Below, piece by piece: positions 12,573 through 26,429 of a stretch of DNA of 64,000 nt. Under the pieces are notes generated by a model. That model did no database searches. It worked only from the letters and a program-made list of their open reading frames with translations, and had not been told where the DNA came from. Origin of the DNA: Pocillopora damicornis (Eukaryota). The stretch spans positions 1 through 64,000 of the forward strand of contig NW_020847638.1 in the NCBI RefSeq assembly GCF_003704095.1. The letters run 5' to 3'. How positions within the stretch are numbered: the first letter of the stretch is position 1; each line of letters begins with the position of its first letter. Position numbers and translations under genes: made by a program.

Positions 12573-15500
12573 ATGTCTGGATACAGAATTCCATTTTCTG
12601 CAAATATTGATGATAAGTTTAATTGTAAATCATGTGGTCATTTATTGAGAGATGCTGTACAAACACTTTGTGGCCACCTTTATTGTGAAAACTGCTTGCT
12701 GAAGATGTTAGAACATGAATGGTAAGTGTGTATTTATCAACATAAGCCAAATAAATTTCAAAAGCTTGGTTAGTGTCATAAGATTTTCTTCAAAACAGTT
12801 ATGTAATACTTAAAATGAAATTATGGGCAGGGATCACACCAAATACATACCTCTGCATTGCTGTTTTGCAACAAGTAATGAATGTTTAATTAAACCTTAT
12901 ATGTGGCTATGATTTTGAAGACATTACTACTGCTTTCAGGAATTTAATTAATCCACAATGCAGAATGACATCATCACTTTTTAACTGAACCAAATTCTAA
13001 AAGTGCATCAAACCTTAAGTAACTTGATCACACGACTTGCTTTTAGGTGTCAAAGTAATATATATGTTATTTATTGTGTGATACATTAATAAAATGCAAA
13101 CATTAATTTTTGTGAATAATGAATACTGTATTACTGTTAATAATTAATAATTTTTTAAAAATTAATTTGTCAACTTAAAGTTGTTAAAGAAAGAATAAAA
13201 GTAATGAAGTTCACACAGTGCAAAGGAAGTTACTTTCTAGAGGGTCTCTCGGGTACCCCAATCTGGCCATGCAACAAACTCAGTGTCCCAGGCCCTGAAT
13301 TTAAACTACTATTGGTATCCATTGGCTTTGCAGTTTATATTTTTCTTTATTCCAATTAGTGCTCAAACCATTTGCAACTGTGTATATATAAACATAATTT
13401 TGATTTAAGTTGTTGTTGTTAGTTGATTATATGTTCTAACAGATTTACTCCTGGCCTTTTCTTTAGGGTGTTAAAGGAAGTCAAATGTTTAGACCAGAAT
13501 TGTAGCAGTCAAATTGGAAATGGAGGGGTAAATGTTTTGTAATTCTTTTTTACTTAAGCATTATTTTAAACTTATATATTAATGCATTTTTCCTAGTTAA
13601 TAAGAGTACATACAATTTCATCTTCAGTTAGGAAAAATAACTATCATACAAATGTTGATGGACATCTAAATTCATTATCAAGTGACTTAAGAGATATGGA
13701 ATTTTATTTTTAATGGATTGAATGAAATGAGACAATAGGTAAAATTTTAAGATACGAGTTTTAGGCAGGCATGTTGTGGAAATGATGATGTGCATAATCA
13801 CTATAGCCTTTAGTGGGAAGAAGCATTTCTGATTACCAGTTCTGATATTTGAAATATAATGAAATAAACAAACTCCCTTAAAATTAAGTGTACAAGTAAG
13901 AGGGAGAATTCTGTGTAATAAAATTTGTGGACTGCATTATAAATTTAATTATATGCATGGGATTTTAGGTCCTCCTAAGATATCTATTGAAATTTTGTAG
14001 TCATATTTGTAAAAGTTTAAAAAATTTGTGTGCTGTAAGACTTGTGATTTGTAAGAATTATTTGGTGGTCAAGTTGAACTGGTCTCTGCAACAAAGTGAA
14101 GGAGTTAGTAGTTGGTCTGTCATGGCAAAAGTCCTAAAATATCTCAGGCAAGGTTTATCTCAAGAAATTAAAATATCATGTATCCTTGAACAAGTACCTG
14201 TGCTCTAATTGGTACCCTCCCCCAAATAAGTGCAAAATTCCCCTTGGCCATACTACCAAACAAATTTCCCTCTTCAATAAGTACCCCACTCCTCCCTCAA
14301 TTCTTTTAAGTAGCAGGGATACAAGGAAAACCTGTTTCTAATTAATTGCCACTTTTTTTACAACTTTTTGAGCTTCAACCATAGTGGAGTCAATTTCCAC
14401 TGCAGTTATTTTTTTCTCCATGTGCATGCAGAATTCCTCAATAAGCATTATCTTTTCTTTATTTTTTGTCAAATTGCTGTGCTAACTTAACAAGCACCCC
14501 TTTGATTAAGCACCTTCTTCCTATACAATGGCCTGAGTTTTCTTGCTCACTATAAGTTGCAGAGATTATTAATAGTGATTGAAACTTAAGTTCCAGATCT
14601 GTTCCCCTCAATTTTTTCATGCTCTTTTATTTTCCTCATCTGATTTCAAAATGCATTTTTACATTTATTGATGTGTAACCAATGTGCCTTAGTGACGTTA
14701 AAAAAAAATGACTTCCAGTTTGTTGTAAAAACAATTTTTGGTCACACATTTATTTCTAACCATGTTAAATTAAATGATACATACTAATTCATGTAATGAT
14801 CCTCATCTTAAGTAACTCAGGTGGAAATAGATGTATTTCTGACAGGATTCTTATGGGTTCAGTATGGTTAACAGTCCTTTACTAATTAAAGAAATCAAAG
14901 TCGGATCAAAGGAACAAAATATGTATGTATGTTGGTAATGTAATTACATATTAAGAGGTAACATAGGAACTAACATACATTGTGTGTATCTACAGAAGTG
15001 AGTTCATAATGTTGATAATGTAACCTAAATTAAAAAATTGTCCTCACAGGGATCACAATGAATACATAATTTCTTGTATTCCAAAATGTCTGCATACTTA
15101 AATTACAAGTGCCATCTCATTCTTTTAAGGGAGATTATGTTTGCTTGTGCAACTTCATTTGTTAATGTACTACTTGGTTGGTTCAGCTGGAAAATTGAGA
15201 ATATTATGCAAGTTCACATTTTTTTTTTTCTATGGACAGTATTTTCCTGACAATCACACGAGAAGAGAAATACTGCAAATGACTACACCATGCTTGAATA
15301 AAGATACTGGATGTGATTGGTTTGGTGAAGTCAGATCTGCGGAAGTAAGAGTAAAAAGATTACTTTTAATACCTTGTAGCTGTAAATGATAATTATAAAT
15401 CAAGTTGCTTGATATGTTCCCTGGTTGCACGTGTTTGACTTTTCTATTTCTTGAAGTCAAATAACATTATGGTTTAAAATGTAATAATTAATCACCAAAT

Positions 15501-18500
15501 TTGCATGTCTTGGGGGCCTATTAAAGAAAAGAAGGATAAATGAAAGTTTGATGGAAGATCTGAAGGAAAGGTGGGTGGGACTCATTGTATAATGGTATTT
15601 ACATCTATAACACATCAAATTGTGTTTATTTATTAAACATTTCACAGATAATGTATTTTCTTATAGTACACGCAGTTTGTTATCTTAAAGACATCACTTT
15701 TAGCCCCATGCTGGTTCTGGAAGTACCCTTGCGAAATGGCTTTTGGAATTGCTAGGAATTCCTAGGATTTTCCTATTTTCCAGTAAATTCGGACTGGGAA
15801 TTCCTAGGAATTCCTAGGAATTCCCAACCATAACAACTCTGGTTCTGAAAACCTAGAATTTCCTAGAAATTCCCAGAAATTCCCAGAAATTCCAAGTTTA
15901 TAGCCAACAGGACTTGGAATTCCTAGGAATTCCTAGGAATTCCAACTCAGAGAACCAATGACTTTCCCTGAAAAGCTGTAAATCTAAAAAATTCCTTGGA
16001 ATTTCTGGGAATTTCTGGGAATTTTTAGGAATGTTTAAGAATTATTGGGAATTTTAAGCAAAAATTTGAGGCTAATGATATAAAATAAATACTTTAAATT
16101 AAAAAAACCCAGCTAAAATTCAAGTATTCAATGAAATTTATTTAGAAGCTTAATTAAGGCTTACATGTAAAATATTTTTTATTCATTATTAACATCAATG
16201 TGTGGTAATATTAGGATGGAATTTGATTTTTCTTTTCTTGAAAACTTCATATGGATTAATCCTCAATTACAGCTATTCATATAAAATAGTTCTAATCAAT
16301 CATTAAATTTGGTTTGACACAAATTGTGAATAAAATCTGTTGATTCTTTTCCATAAAATACAATATCTTAAATTATATTTGAAAACCAAGCACTCTTAGG
16401 AGTGAAGGGGTTAATTACAGACAAATAAAATTTATCGTTTTATTAAAATCTTGTAGTAACTGTAACAATAAATTAGAATGAAGTTATCCTAAACTGCAAA
16501 CTTAGCTGCTGCTTGTATTTTTTTTCTGGGCTCACAATGAGTTGGCCTTGAAACAGGTTGTCTACAAGAAGCTTGACCATTTTGTATCTGGGTTCCATGA
16601 CATCTGAATTTGAAAAAAAATAAGATATTTAAATATATATATTTAAAGCTCAGACCAGGCCTTTAAGATGGCTATGAGGAAAAGGGCATTCATTGGATTC
16701 TCAAATTGAAAAATCTCTGTTATATTGAGTGACTTTTATATTGGAGTTAGTACATCTCTCTCATAGATTTTACTAAGTGACCGATTCGATTCTCAGAATT
16801 ATTCTAGTTTCAATTGCGCCGAGCGTTATGTAAGCTTAATTCAACCCGCTACATCTATTCTTTATAAGATTTTGATTACGCAACGAATATCGCAATTTTT
16901 TACTCACCACAAACTTTCAAAATCGTAGCTTTACAGATGGCCACTCGACCCTTGTTTGTACTAGTCAAGATGTCAACTGTTGTCCCTTCTTTTAACTCCA
17001 CGGCGCCAACGACTTTCTTTTCTTTTACAACACTCACGCTGTTCTCGTTTTCCCATTGAACCACAATAAAAGCTATCTTTAGAAATGTTATATTAAGCAA
17101 AACAGTTGAGAAAAACGATCAACCGATGAAAAGTACATTCAAAGATGAGCGCCAAATGGAGTCTTCTTTGTTTCTGATCACGGGCATGATCACGTGGATC
17201 TTTTAGGGACTTGTCATTGGCTAGCAAAGTGAATCCGCTGGCTTGCCGATTGCAGTGTTAAGAGAAGCGCACAACTTTATTTTGACTTCTCCGACCGGTT
17301 CTCTGTTTCTAGACGATGGATACCTTGGTGATATAAATAATGATGTGGGTTCACTCTATGTAGAAGTAATCGACAAGTATCGATCGTATTACAAATGCAC
17401 GATTTGTGGCCGAACGTTGTTGAGGAAAAAAAGACTCGAAACTCACTTGAGTTGTGTTCATGGCAAAGGTGAGAANNNNNNNNNNNNNNNNNNNNNNNNN
17501 NNNNNNNNNNNNNNNNNNNNNNNNNNNNNNNNNNNNNNNNNNNNNNNNNNNNNNNNNNNNNNNNNNNNNNNNNNNTTGGGAATTTTTGAGAATTACTAGG
17601 AATTCCTAGGAATTCCCAGAAAACTGGGAATTCAGTTTGTAAGGGTCTTTTGCATAATTGGGAATTTTTGAGAATTCCTGGGAATTCCCAGAAAACTGGA
17701 AATTCAGTTCGTAAGGGTAGTTCAGATTCAAGTCACTTGGGCTTGGAGGATCAGGCTGAATTAGGCCTGATCAGATTGGGTCACTTTATACTTTTAACTC
17801 TGTCAACTAAGACTGAGGCAACTCAGAGATCATTTGGGTCCTGAATTTATATATTTTTTTGCATGAAATTTATGTTACATTTAAATTTTGGTGTTATTTG
17901 ATCTGTTCATAGGACCATTACAAAGAGTGTGAGTGGAGGCCAGTGACATGTGTTAATTCTGGCTGCAATAAAGACGTACCACTTAATACATCAGCCAAGC
18001 ACCAAGAGGAGGAATGTCCTTTTAGAGATGTGGTTTGCAACTTCTGCAATAAGGCAATAAAGTGGGCTGATCAAGCAGTAAGTATATACTGGAAGCTTCA
18101 TTTAGAATCAAGTAATTAGTAAGTCAGAGCCAATGATAAAATTTAAATATATTCAAGAAACCTACTTGTTTGGGGAACCTTTACTCATGATGATGCCCAG
18201 AGGCAACAACATGTTATTTAGCCTCTGCATCAATTAAGACTGAAAGGGCCTTCATTGTTTTATAATGCAGATCTAGTCCAAAAGAGTATAACCTAAGAGA
18301 AACGTACTAGAGGAAAATAGAACATAATTTATACATCCAATAGGATACTTAGTAAACTTATTGACTGGCTTCCATAACATGTAGCTTTCACTGTCATTGA
18401 GTCATTGTATTTTTTATACTATTAACATTCATTACGTTATAGAACCATAGTGAAAGCTGTGAAAATCTACATGTTACTTGTGGAAATTGTGGGAAAGAGA

Positions 18501-21500
18501 ACATTCAACTGTGCGAGGTACAGACTTCAACCACATGAATGCAATTATTATATTAGTTGCATATTACTATTGCTATATTTTTTATGAGGGGGCGGGGGAG
18601 TTAATTATCACAATTTTCATTAACATCTATTCACCAAAGTGGAGGTGGGTATAAAAGGTGGATATTTACCTAACTGCGAAGCGGCAAGTAAATTATACAA
18701 TGCTTTCAATGAGATTTGAACCCAGGGGGGTGGGCAAAAATAACGCAACGAACTTCGACGAATTTCTTGGCTTTTGGAGGAAATTTCGCTGCGAAAGAAC
18801 TTTCCGCGAACGAAATTACGAACGATATTTCGCTGTGGACGCTAGTGAGTTGCGAACTCAAGAGGGAAAGTTCGCTCTTCTCGAAAGTTCGGTGCGAAAT
18901 TTCGAGAGAAAATTCACTCTACTTATTACAGCGAAGTGTAGTCTATGTATTGTTGTAATGCACTGCAGAAAAACTAGAAATCAGTCTGATCCACTCAAGT
19001 AACTATTCTATCGCTCCTTGCTGTTGAAACCTCAACGAATGTTTGATTGTTGATGTGATCCGAACAGCCAGGTGTTCGAGTCTAAATAGAAACGACCACG
19101 CAAACACTCCAGGCAAGTGGAACTTGAACTGGACGCCATTTGTTGTGATTAACCTTTTCATATAACGACACATGAAATTCCCAATTTTTAGGCGAGACTC
19201 CACGCGAGGAAGCATGACGTGCTGTTCGCAACCATGGCAACACATGGTATACCAATACTTCGATTCTCTCTCTCATTCATTGATCTCGTAGCACTCTGGT
19301 AGTTATTATGCCAAAAATATCAAGCTATACTAGAACTCGAATCGAGCTCCTGTATAGCCAGGGCTTCCATCCAGCTGGAATATTTAAAACCTTGAAAAGC
19401 GAAGGGTTACAAGTGAGCCTTTCAGGTATCACTCGCTTAATCAAGAAGCTGCGTCTTACTAGCTCCGTAGCAAATTTACCTCGCTCGAGGAGACCGAAAA
19501 AGCTGTCTATGGAAGCAAGAGCTTTCATAGACCAACAGATGCGTAGGAATGACGAGACGAAGAGCGCGAAGATTCGAAAGAAGCTGGCAAAACGAGGAAT
19601 TCTCGAAAGTTCGTCCACGGTGCGAAGATCGCGAAAGCAGCATAGCTGAACTCTCTTGCAAAGTAAGTTTTCGAATCTTCTTTCGCACTCTCTAAACTTC
19701 CCGCGTTAATGACGGGATTCAAATTTGTAAATGTAATCTGCGAAAACTAAAGGAACACTCAGATACCATATCTGCCAAAAACGTGTACTGTCCGTATAAG
19801 TCAAAAGCGATGCGGAAAATTTACTATTACAGCAGCATCTGATGGCATTGATCAGAACAGGCTTATGTTTTGTCTTTTCTGGTTTAAAACAAAACATAAA
19901 GTCTTTATTCTTGGTAAGTTAAGCGAGTATTTCTCATCGTTTGTATTCGTGACATAACTCCAGCCGAGGAACTGTCGTGTATTTCGTGAACGTTATATGA
20001 TGGAAAGATCGCGTAAATCGCATGGCGAACAGTTGAGTCTATACAGCGCGAAATTTCGACTAGTAGGCAGTAAGCCGACGCTTTTTATGGCGAAATTTCG
20101 CTAAACTTTCGTTTCGAAGCGAAAATTCGACGAAATGGCGCTCTTTGTTCAACGGAAAATTCACTCAAAAAGCCTCGAATTGTCATTCGAACTTTCGCAC
20201 GAAATTTAGTTCAAAGTTCGCGATAACAAAAAAGGAAATTCGCGCATTTCGCTTGCGTTACTTTTGCGCAAAACTGTACAAGGAAAGGACAGGGGAGGAG
20301 GCAAAGATGGCCTTCCGAATAAACGATTGCGAACTTGTAATGTTAATTTCCACTAGTAAGACCCCTGTGATGAAAATGTGAAAAAGTAAGAAAGAAAATA
20401 CGATTGCACTTCCTGGCTAGATGAAAACAAATTATAATTTCATCATGCAAGGTAGGAATCTTAGCAGGAGATTCTCAGCCGCTATTTAGTTTTTATTTAA
20501 AACTGTAAGAACTGTTAATGGGAGCAAACATGCTTTTTGCCTTTTGTGATAGCCGAAAAGAATAGTTAAGCACATTGGATGACTGATATTTTTCGTGGCA
20601 ACAATTACGAAGCCTTTAATTGTTACCTGTCTGCTCATTACAGTTGAAGAGGCATCAAGATGCAAAGGACGGTGATTGCACACAAAAGGAGTGTCCGTAC
20701 AGAGACTACGGATGTGAGCATTGTGTAAGTTTGATAGTAATCAAATTTAGGTAAAAGCGTTTCGAGATTGAGTATCAATTTTTGAAGTTATTCTAACCGC
20801 CAGTATAATGAGGACCATATCGGAAATCAACTTGAGTGCATTTGATCTCATGCCTCAGTAAAGCGCTGGAATAGTATGTCCCCTTCGCACTTGTTTACGG
20901 TTTTTCATGCTTAATGCTTTAGTAGCATCCCAAAGAATTCCGGCTGCAAATTCAGTTCTGCTAAGGAACATTTACCCATTGTTTACTTCAGCCGTTAGCA
21001 CTGCTCAAAGAAAACTTGCCCTCAACTCTCCTTATCTCTTCAGACGCCTCCATGTCATCCGCGTCACTGTGAAGCAGTGGTATAACTGAAAAATTGCCCC
21101 CTGAGACACTCATTTTAGGGCACAACTAAGCACTGCCAAACAAGAGACTTCACTTTTCAAGTCACCCACGCCTGAAAACGTAGTGTTTTAGAAGCCTTTT
21201 CTTGACATGTCTCCTTGCTAAAAGCTGGTTTGTCAGTTTTTGGACAAGGGGACTAGGCGATGTTTATCATGATGCAGTCTGTTAATTAATTTTAAAATTG
21301 TTCCAGGAGAAGATGGATCCCAAAGAGTTCAGGGCCCATTTGGATGCTGATGTGGTCCCACACTCATTGCTTGTGTTGCCACATCAGAGAGGTATGAATG
21401 ACCATCGCATGGAAGCCAACGCGGCTGAGTTAAGTGCTTTAAAAGAAACTCTCGCTGCAGATGAAAAGGTCATTGCAGAACATGAGTGGGCACTCCAAAG

Positions 21501-21564
21501 CCACTACCAAGAAATCCGTCTTCTGAAAGAAGATATGGAGAAATTGAAAAACTCTCGCGGGTAA
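12573..21564 (+). CDS. TRAF-derived gene 3: RING + TRAF zinc fingers + short coiled coil, no MATH domain (~297 aa)
   Basis: Exons 12573-12721 (MSGYR...CKSCGHLLRDAVQTLCGHLYCENC), 13467-13527, 15240-15344 (YFPDNHTRREI), 17913-18077, 18443-18517, 20644-20724, 21307-21564. All are GT-AG, total 894 nt, open frame. Exon sizes and phases mirror the TRAF gene. A putative non-coding exon 1 ends at 10962. Confidence 0.88.
15726..17717. mobile_element. EnSpm/CACTA-like (CMC) DNA transposon derivative in an intron of gene 3
   Basis: TA|CCCTTGCGAA...TTCGTAAGGG|TA short TIRs with a 2-bp TA duplication. Arrays of GGAATTCCTA-type decamers at both ends (15740-16060, 17576-17705). Divergent internal coding fragments: C2H2 finger CTICGRTLLRKKRLETHLSCVH on + (~17390-17468) and an exon on - (16908-17100). 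Gap at 17476-17575. Confidence 0.7.
18723..20276 (+). mobile_element. Tc1/mariner-like transposon, internally deleted
   Basis: Imperfect TIRs (cag...tgggcaaaaataacgcaa / ttgcgttacttttgcgcaaaactg|ta), cgaaatttcg-rich subterminal regions, and a truncated transposase ORF inside. Confidence 0.7.
19308..19649 (+). pseudogene. Truncated Tc1/Tc3-type transposase (N-terminal bipartite HTH DNA-binding region only)
   Basis: MPKIS...RIELLYSQG...VSLSGITRLIKK...PRSRRPKKLS (GRPR-like linker)...SSSTVRR; ends before any DDE domain. Confidence 0.75.
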
Positions 21565-24500
21565 GGGGACGGTTGCCCGCTGCATAGATAGTACATTGAT
21601 TAGCATATATACATTAATCACAGATAAGAATGGAATTTCTTTAGTAGTTAGGAATGTGAAATTGTACTGTTATGGAGTTATATGTGGTAGAAGATAATAT
21701 TCGAAATGTGGACTATTTTTTAGAGATGTGACAGTGATGCAGTTAAACGGTGATAAATTTAGCACTTAGTTTTATAATGAGTAGTTTTTACCATCATCAC
21801 TGTATGATACAAAATAGGTTACTAGAAATTAGTCTGGGTATTAGTCTGTGGTCGAGTTTTTAAAGGGTTTGCACAGTACACGTAGTTTTCGTTCACGTAG
21901 TTTTCGTACAAGTTTAGATAATTTTGACTGGTTTACTAAATCTCTTCTCGTTTTTGTCTATTTTTTGCAAATTTAGGGCAGCTTTTTCAACTTTAGACAG
22001 TTAAAAATGCTGTGGATCATCATTTTTTCATCGTCTAGAACTGAAGTAGATTTTTACTTGACTGTGTATATAGTTTCTTACCAGCGGCGCTTGAACGAGC
22101 GTTTAGAAGCAATTAAAGGGTAATTGGTCATTTCGCTTACGGATCGTTTGGCTAACGACGGTTGGCTGACGTCTTAGGTCATTCCGCCAACGTCCCAGGT
22201 AGTTTTGCTAACGTCTCACTGGTCGTTTCGCCAACGTTTCACAAAACCATTAGTAGTTCTATCGGCAGAACTTGATCGACTTCCTATCGAATCATAGGCA
22301 AAATGACAGTAAACCAATCAAACATGCGTTGACTCACATGGTTCTTCCACCCGCCATCCAGTCTACGTTAGACTTTACTCCATAAGTGGACAACTGTGAC
22401 AAGGCTTAATCCATAGCAAAAGAATATAGTATCTAAAATGGTAGCAGTTTTTAAAAGAAGTTAAAGCAGTGATATCATCTAGGGTTAGTTATCAGACATA
22501 TCAACTCTGCTATGGTCTCCCGCGTGAGCCTGCGAATACGTTCTTCAGCTTTGTCTTCGTTGTCCATTCCTAATTCAGTTTGTGTCAGACTTATATATAG
22601 GATTCCATAGTCGATTGTGGTTCAGTGTTTGGACCCAATTTTTTTAGTTTTACATGTCTCGCGATTTTTCTCCTTCCTATGTCATTGCTTTCACTTAGGG
22701 ATAAATTTCATGTGCTTGCCTCCTGAAGTAGCCAGACTACGAGCAGGAGCAAAAAAGAAGCGAATATTGAAAATTGTGGTTCACCGCGCGGAACTGTGGG
22801 AGTGAGTTGCGGCGCACTAACTACAAGTACTATTTTCTTTTTGCTGATTTCGTTCGGACTCGGGCGACAGACTTCGCCGAAAAGGAGGGACTGCTCGTAC
22901 CCTACAAAAAGTAATTTATTCTCGTATGCCTCTCAAAAAGGCTTTCTTCACTTTTAACCATATTTATGTGTTCTATCAAACCCGTGATATGTAATTAAGT
23001 CAGTTGATAGGAGTTGCGAAATTGGTTCCACACACTGTGCTAAAATCGACTGTCATGAGCACATAAATTTGCTATTCGTGTTTCTGTGTAATGCGAATAG
23101 TTTATTAATGATTCCATATCTGTTTTTCTTGTTGGGCCTTTGAGGTAAGTTTATTCTTTCACCCTGGTCGGACTTGATTTCGCATGCAAAAAGTTTGAAA
23201 TAAGCATATTGCAGCTTGAATGTGATATACTTATGGTTAAGTATCTGGATGAAAAAGACTGTTTGAGTAATATGGAAAATTGCACCATATGCCATACGGT
23301 GACAAGGTTAATTTAATGTTGTTTCATGTTATTTCAATGTGTTGTGTAACATATTTCTGATGTAGAATTTTCATTGGTCGAAGTAGTTGAAAGTCCATGC
23401 AGTTTGCAACGGATTGTTCTAACAAACGACGGCTCTTTAGCCACAGGTTAGTTGTTTATCATATAAAGATTTTTTGAAATGACATTAACCTTCATAATAA
23501 TAGGCCTGAAAGGATGGCACTTTTTCCTATAAAGACTTGATAATTTCATTCCATTCGAACAAAGTGGCTCGCACTTTTCATGAGGTAAACGTGAAACTGT
23601 GTCACGCCCTTGGGAACTATTTTTAGAACTTTGTAGGGGTTCCTCTGTCAGAGTACCATCCCCACTCAGGAATGTCTGTGGGTGCCAGCACATTGTAAGG
23701 GAAACTTTATCAATTGCTGGGAATTAACCTGCGTCGGACTAATATTCGATCCAGGGGATAAGCAACGTTCGTGGTCACTTTATTTTAGCAGAACCAAGTT
23801 AAGCACCCTTTGTGTAAGCCATTTGCAATTGGTCAATAACCCGAGAGTCTTCATGGAAAAAGAGTCACATAATGGCTCAGTATGTTACAGGTTTTCAAGT
23901 TATCATTTTGCTTGTCATTTCGGTTTGGTTTGCCTTTTAAACATATATAGCTCTGAAGGAGTAATTTTAAAAGTTTTTATTTTTTAATTTTTGATGTTCG
24001 TATGTTTTAGTGCTAGAAAGCAATATAATTATTTTGCTGTGACACTCAGGTAATGCTATAATTTCGTAAATGTTTAAATGAATAATAAGCACTTTTTAAA
24101 AGTAATTTCTAACAACTCAGGTGTTGTTGCTTAGGGTTTTTTACTCGAGGGTTTTTTACCCGTGATACGAATATTCTCTTAAAAATTCAGCCGACTGCTG
24201 GTTGTCAGTCACACGGCTGGTTTTCGTCAGTATCCATTATCACTTCAGATGGACGATGTTTTTTGCTCAGTTTAGTTATGGACCATTTGATTTTTGATGG
24301 ATGGATTGGCACTTCTCGCGAAGTTATTTTATTTCCTCTTTTTTTTTTCTTTCTTTGTTTCGTTTTCCATCTGAGGGCTCGGAGTCTTCTTTGACGATTT
24401 TCAAGTTATATACATTCATTTGATACGGCATGTTTATTTTGAGTTTATTTTTAAAGTTTATTCAGTTTTTTCTTTCTTTCCTCACCCATTCCTACCATTA

Positions 24501-24784
24501 TCAAGAGTTTAATGGTCCGTTACCTTATTCGAAAAGGCGCAAGTATACTCTAGCACAGTGCGTCATGTGTTTCTTTCGAGTATTTCATATCCGGAAAAAT
24601 TTTACTTGTTTGTCAGACAATTATGACAATGCCTGCTTTTCCTACCATTTGGCATTTTCTGTTAGTTTCCTCTCTGGTCACATAGGATCAGTCTTAAAAG
24701 CCATCATTAATGTCTTTTTCTTTTTTTCGTGTCTTTTTTTAAGTAGTTACATGTTATTTTCGAGAACAGCATAATTACCAACAT

Positions 24785-24950
24785 AATGACCAGCTCCCGG
24801 TTGGCATGTTAGCTCAGTTGGTAGAGCGCTGCACCGGTATCGCAAAGGTCATGGGTTCAAATCCCGTACGGGCCCGAATTTTTTTTTGAGGCCTTATTTC
24901 ACTACTGGTTAAGTAGTGTTCATAACTGCGAAGATCGCTTCCATATTCGT
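24785..24950 (+). repeat. tRNA-derived SINE-like repeat (tRNA-like head 24803-24875, nominal anticodon GGT)
   Basis: A box TAGCTCAGTTGG and B box GGTTCAAATCC, imperfect acceptor and anticodon stems, C at position 33, then a T tract and a non-tRNA tail. More likely a SINE or pseudo-tRNA than a functional tRNA. Confidence 0.75.
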
Positions 24951-25335
24951 AAATTAGCGTTAATTTGATTTTGTTAATTAGCCTACACAAAAAACATCGT
25001 TTTTTTTTCTTAAGGTTCAGTTAAAGAAGTTGAACTGTGTCATTATTTTGTTTTTTGCCTTGTATGAGAAATCCTACACTTTCAATGGGATTCTCTTCTT
25101 AATGTTGTCTAAAGTAAAGAAACAGCCTTATTATCATTTCCATTTGGGCAGTTAGGCAGTCATGCCAAATAGAGCGAGTGAGTTATTTAGTTAGTTTTAA
25201 TGTCTAGTCATTACTTAGTCATTAATTATTACATTAGTCATATATGTGACTCTAAAAGTTGGCTCAAAACAATTTGTTTTTTTCCTTTTGTGCTAATATA
25301 TTGACGGATCAATACTTAGTACTTTTGTTCTTGCT

Positions 25336-25548
25336 TTAACCTTTTAACTCCCAAGATCTCTTTTAGTAATTCTCCTTACTGTCTGCCATACAATTCTTAT
25401 GATGTCAATTTGGAGAATTTGGTATTGGATTAGCTTATAATTCTTGAGTTGATATTTTCCTTTATCCTCATCACTTCTATGCTTGACATTGTATTGATAT
25501 TGTAAGGAGAAATTCTCTCTTGGTCACTCATGAGAGGTAAAGGGTTAA
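25336..25548. mobile_element. TTAA-flanked MITE (piggyBac-like termini)
   Basis: ttaa|ccttttaactc...gaggtaaaggg|ttaa, ~205 bp, non-coding. Degenerate related ends appear near 16400 and 29290. Confidence 0.65.
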
Positions 25549-26429
25549 TTATTGATCATTCCAAAATTACAGTTGAGTCCTTTCTCTTGCACAGTATGTC
25601 ACCATGGCACTACAACCTTGATTTTTGCTTAATGTGCCAGAAATTCCTACTGTTAAAGTTTGATAACCTGCAGTCATGGTGTTAAGATTAATCTTTTCCC
25701 AAAGCTCTCAAAATATATTTTACAGCTTCAGAGCTTGGATTAATTAATGGTAGTAAATGTGCGCATTATTTTTATGGGAATAAAAGAATAAAGGTGACTG
25801 TGTCGATCGATCAGAAAATTAGTATAAAAAGAGAGGAGGAAATAACAAAACCCTTTTGAGCTACCTTAGGTAATATAATTTGCAAACAATTATGTAATAC
25901 AGATAAAGGTGATTAGTGGCTATTAAAAGTTTCGTTTGACTCAAGTGTTCTGTATTATTTGATAAGACTGGAATTTCGCTGTCAGTGGGGACCTTTACGT
26001 AACTGCACGTCACAAACCACTTTCTTTGCCTTGTATTCACTTTGATTGGGTTGGTCTTGAACAATGCGTTGCTCAAATTGTAACTGGGTGGTTAAGACTG
26101 GTTTTGCATCTCTGAGAAGAGGCAAAAAGTATCGAAATCTTTATTTAGCGATTTTACAAATGAATTAAATGGTTAGGTAATAAGTTATAAGTTGCATTCA
26201 AAACCAATTTGTGAGTGGATGGTTCCAACTGAACTATGCTAACATGTTACGTTCACAGAAAATCTTTGCCTCGTACTCTGTTGATCACACAGGTGCGCGG
26301 ATCTCCAATCCGCCACATCGAGAGAAGAGTATAATTCAGAAACTATGACCTATCTCCGCCCCTGTTTGGATGGTTTTGAAACTTTACCTCTCATAACGGT
26401 TTGCTCGGTGTAAATATTTTAATGGTCTT

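Noticed and set aside
15740-16060. Possible CRISPR-like or telomeric repeat array
   Set aside because: Eukaryotic locus with 10-bp palindromic units and no unique spacers, bounded by TIRs and a TA duplication; these are transposon subterminal repeats.
24803-24875. Functional tRNA-Thr(GGT)
   Set aside because: Mismatched stems, C33, a GGT anticodon that is atypical for eukaryotes, and SINE-like flanks.
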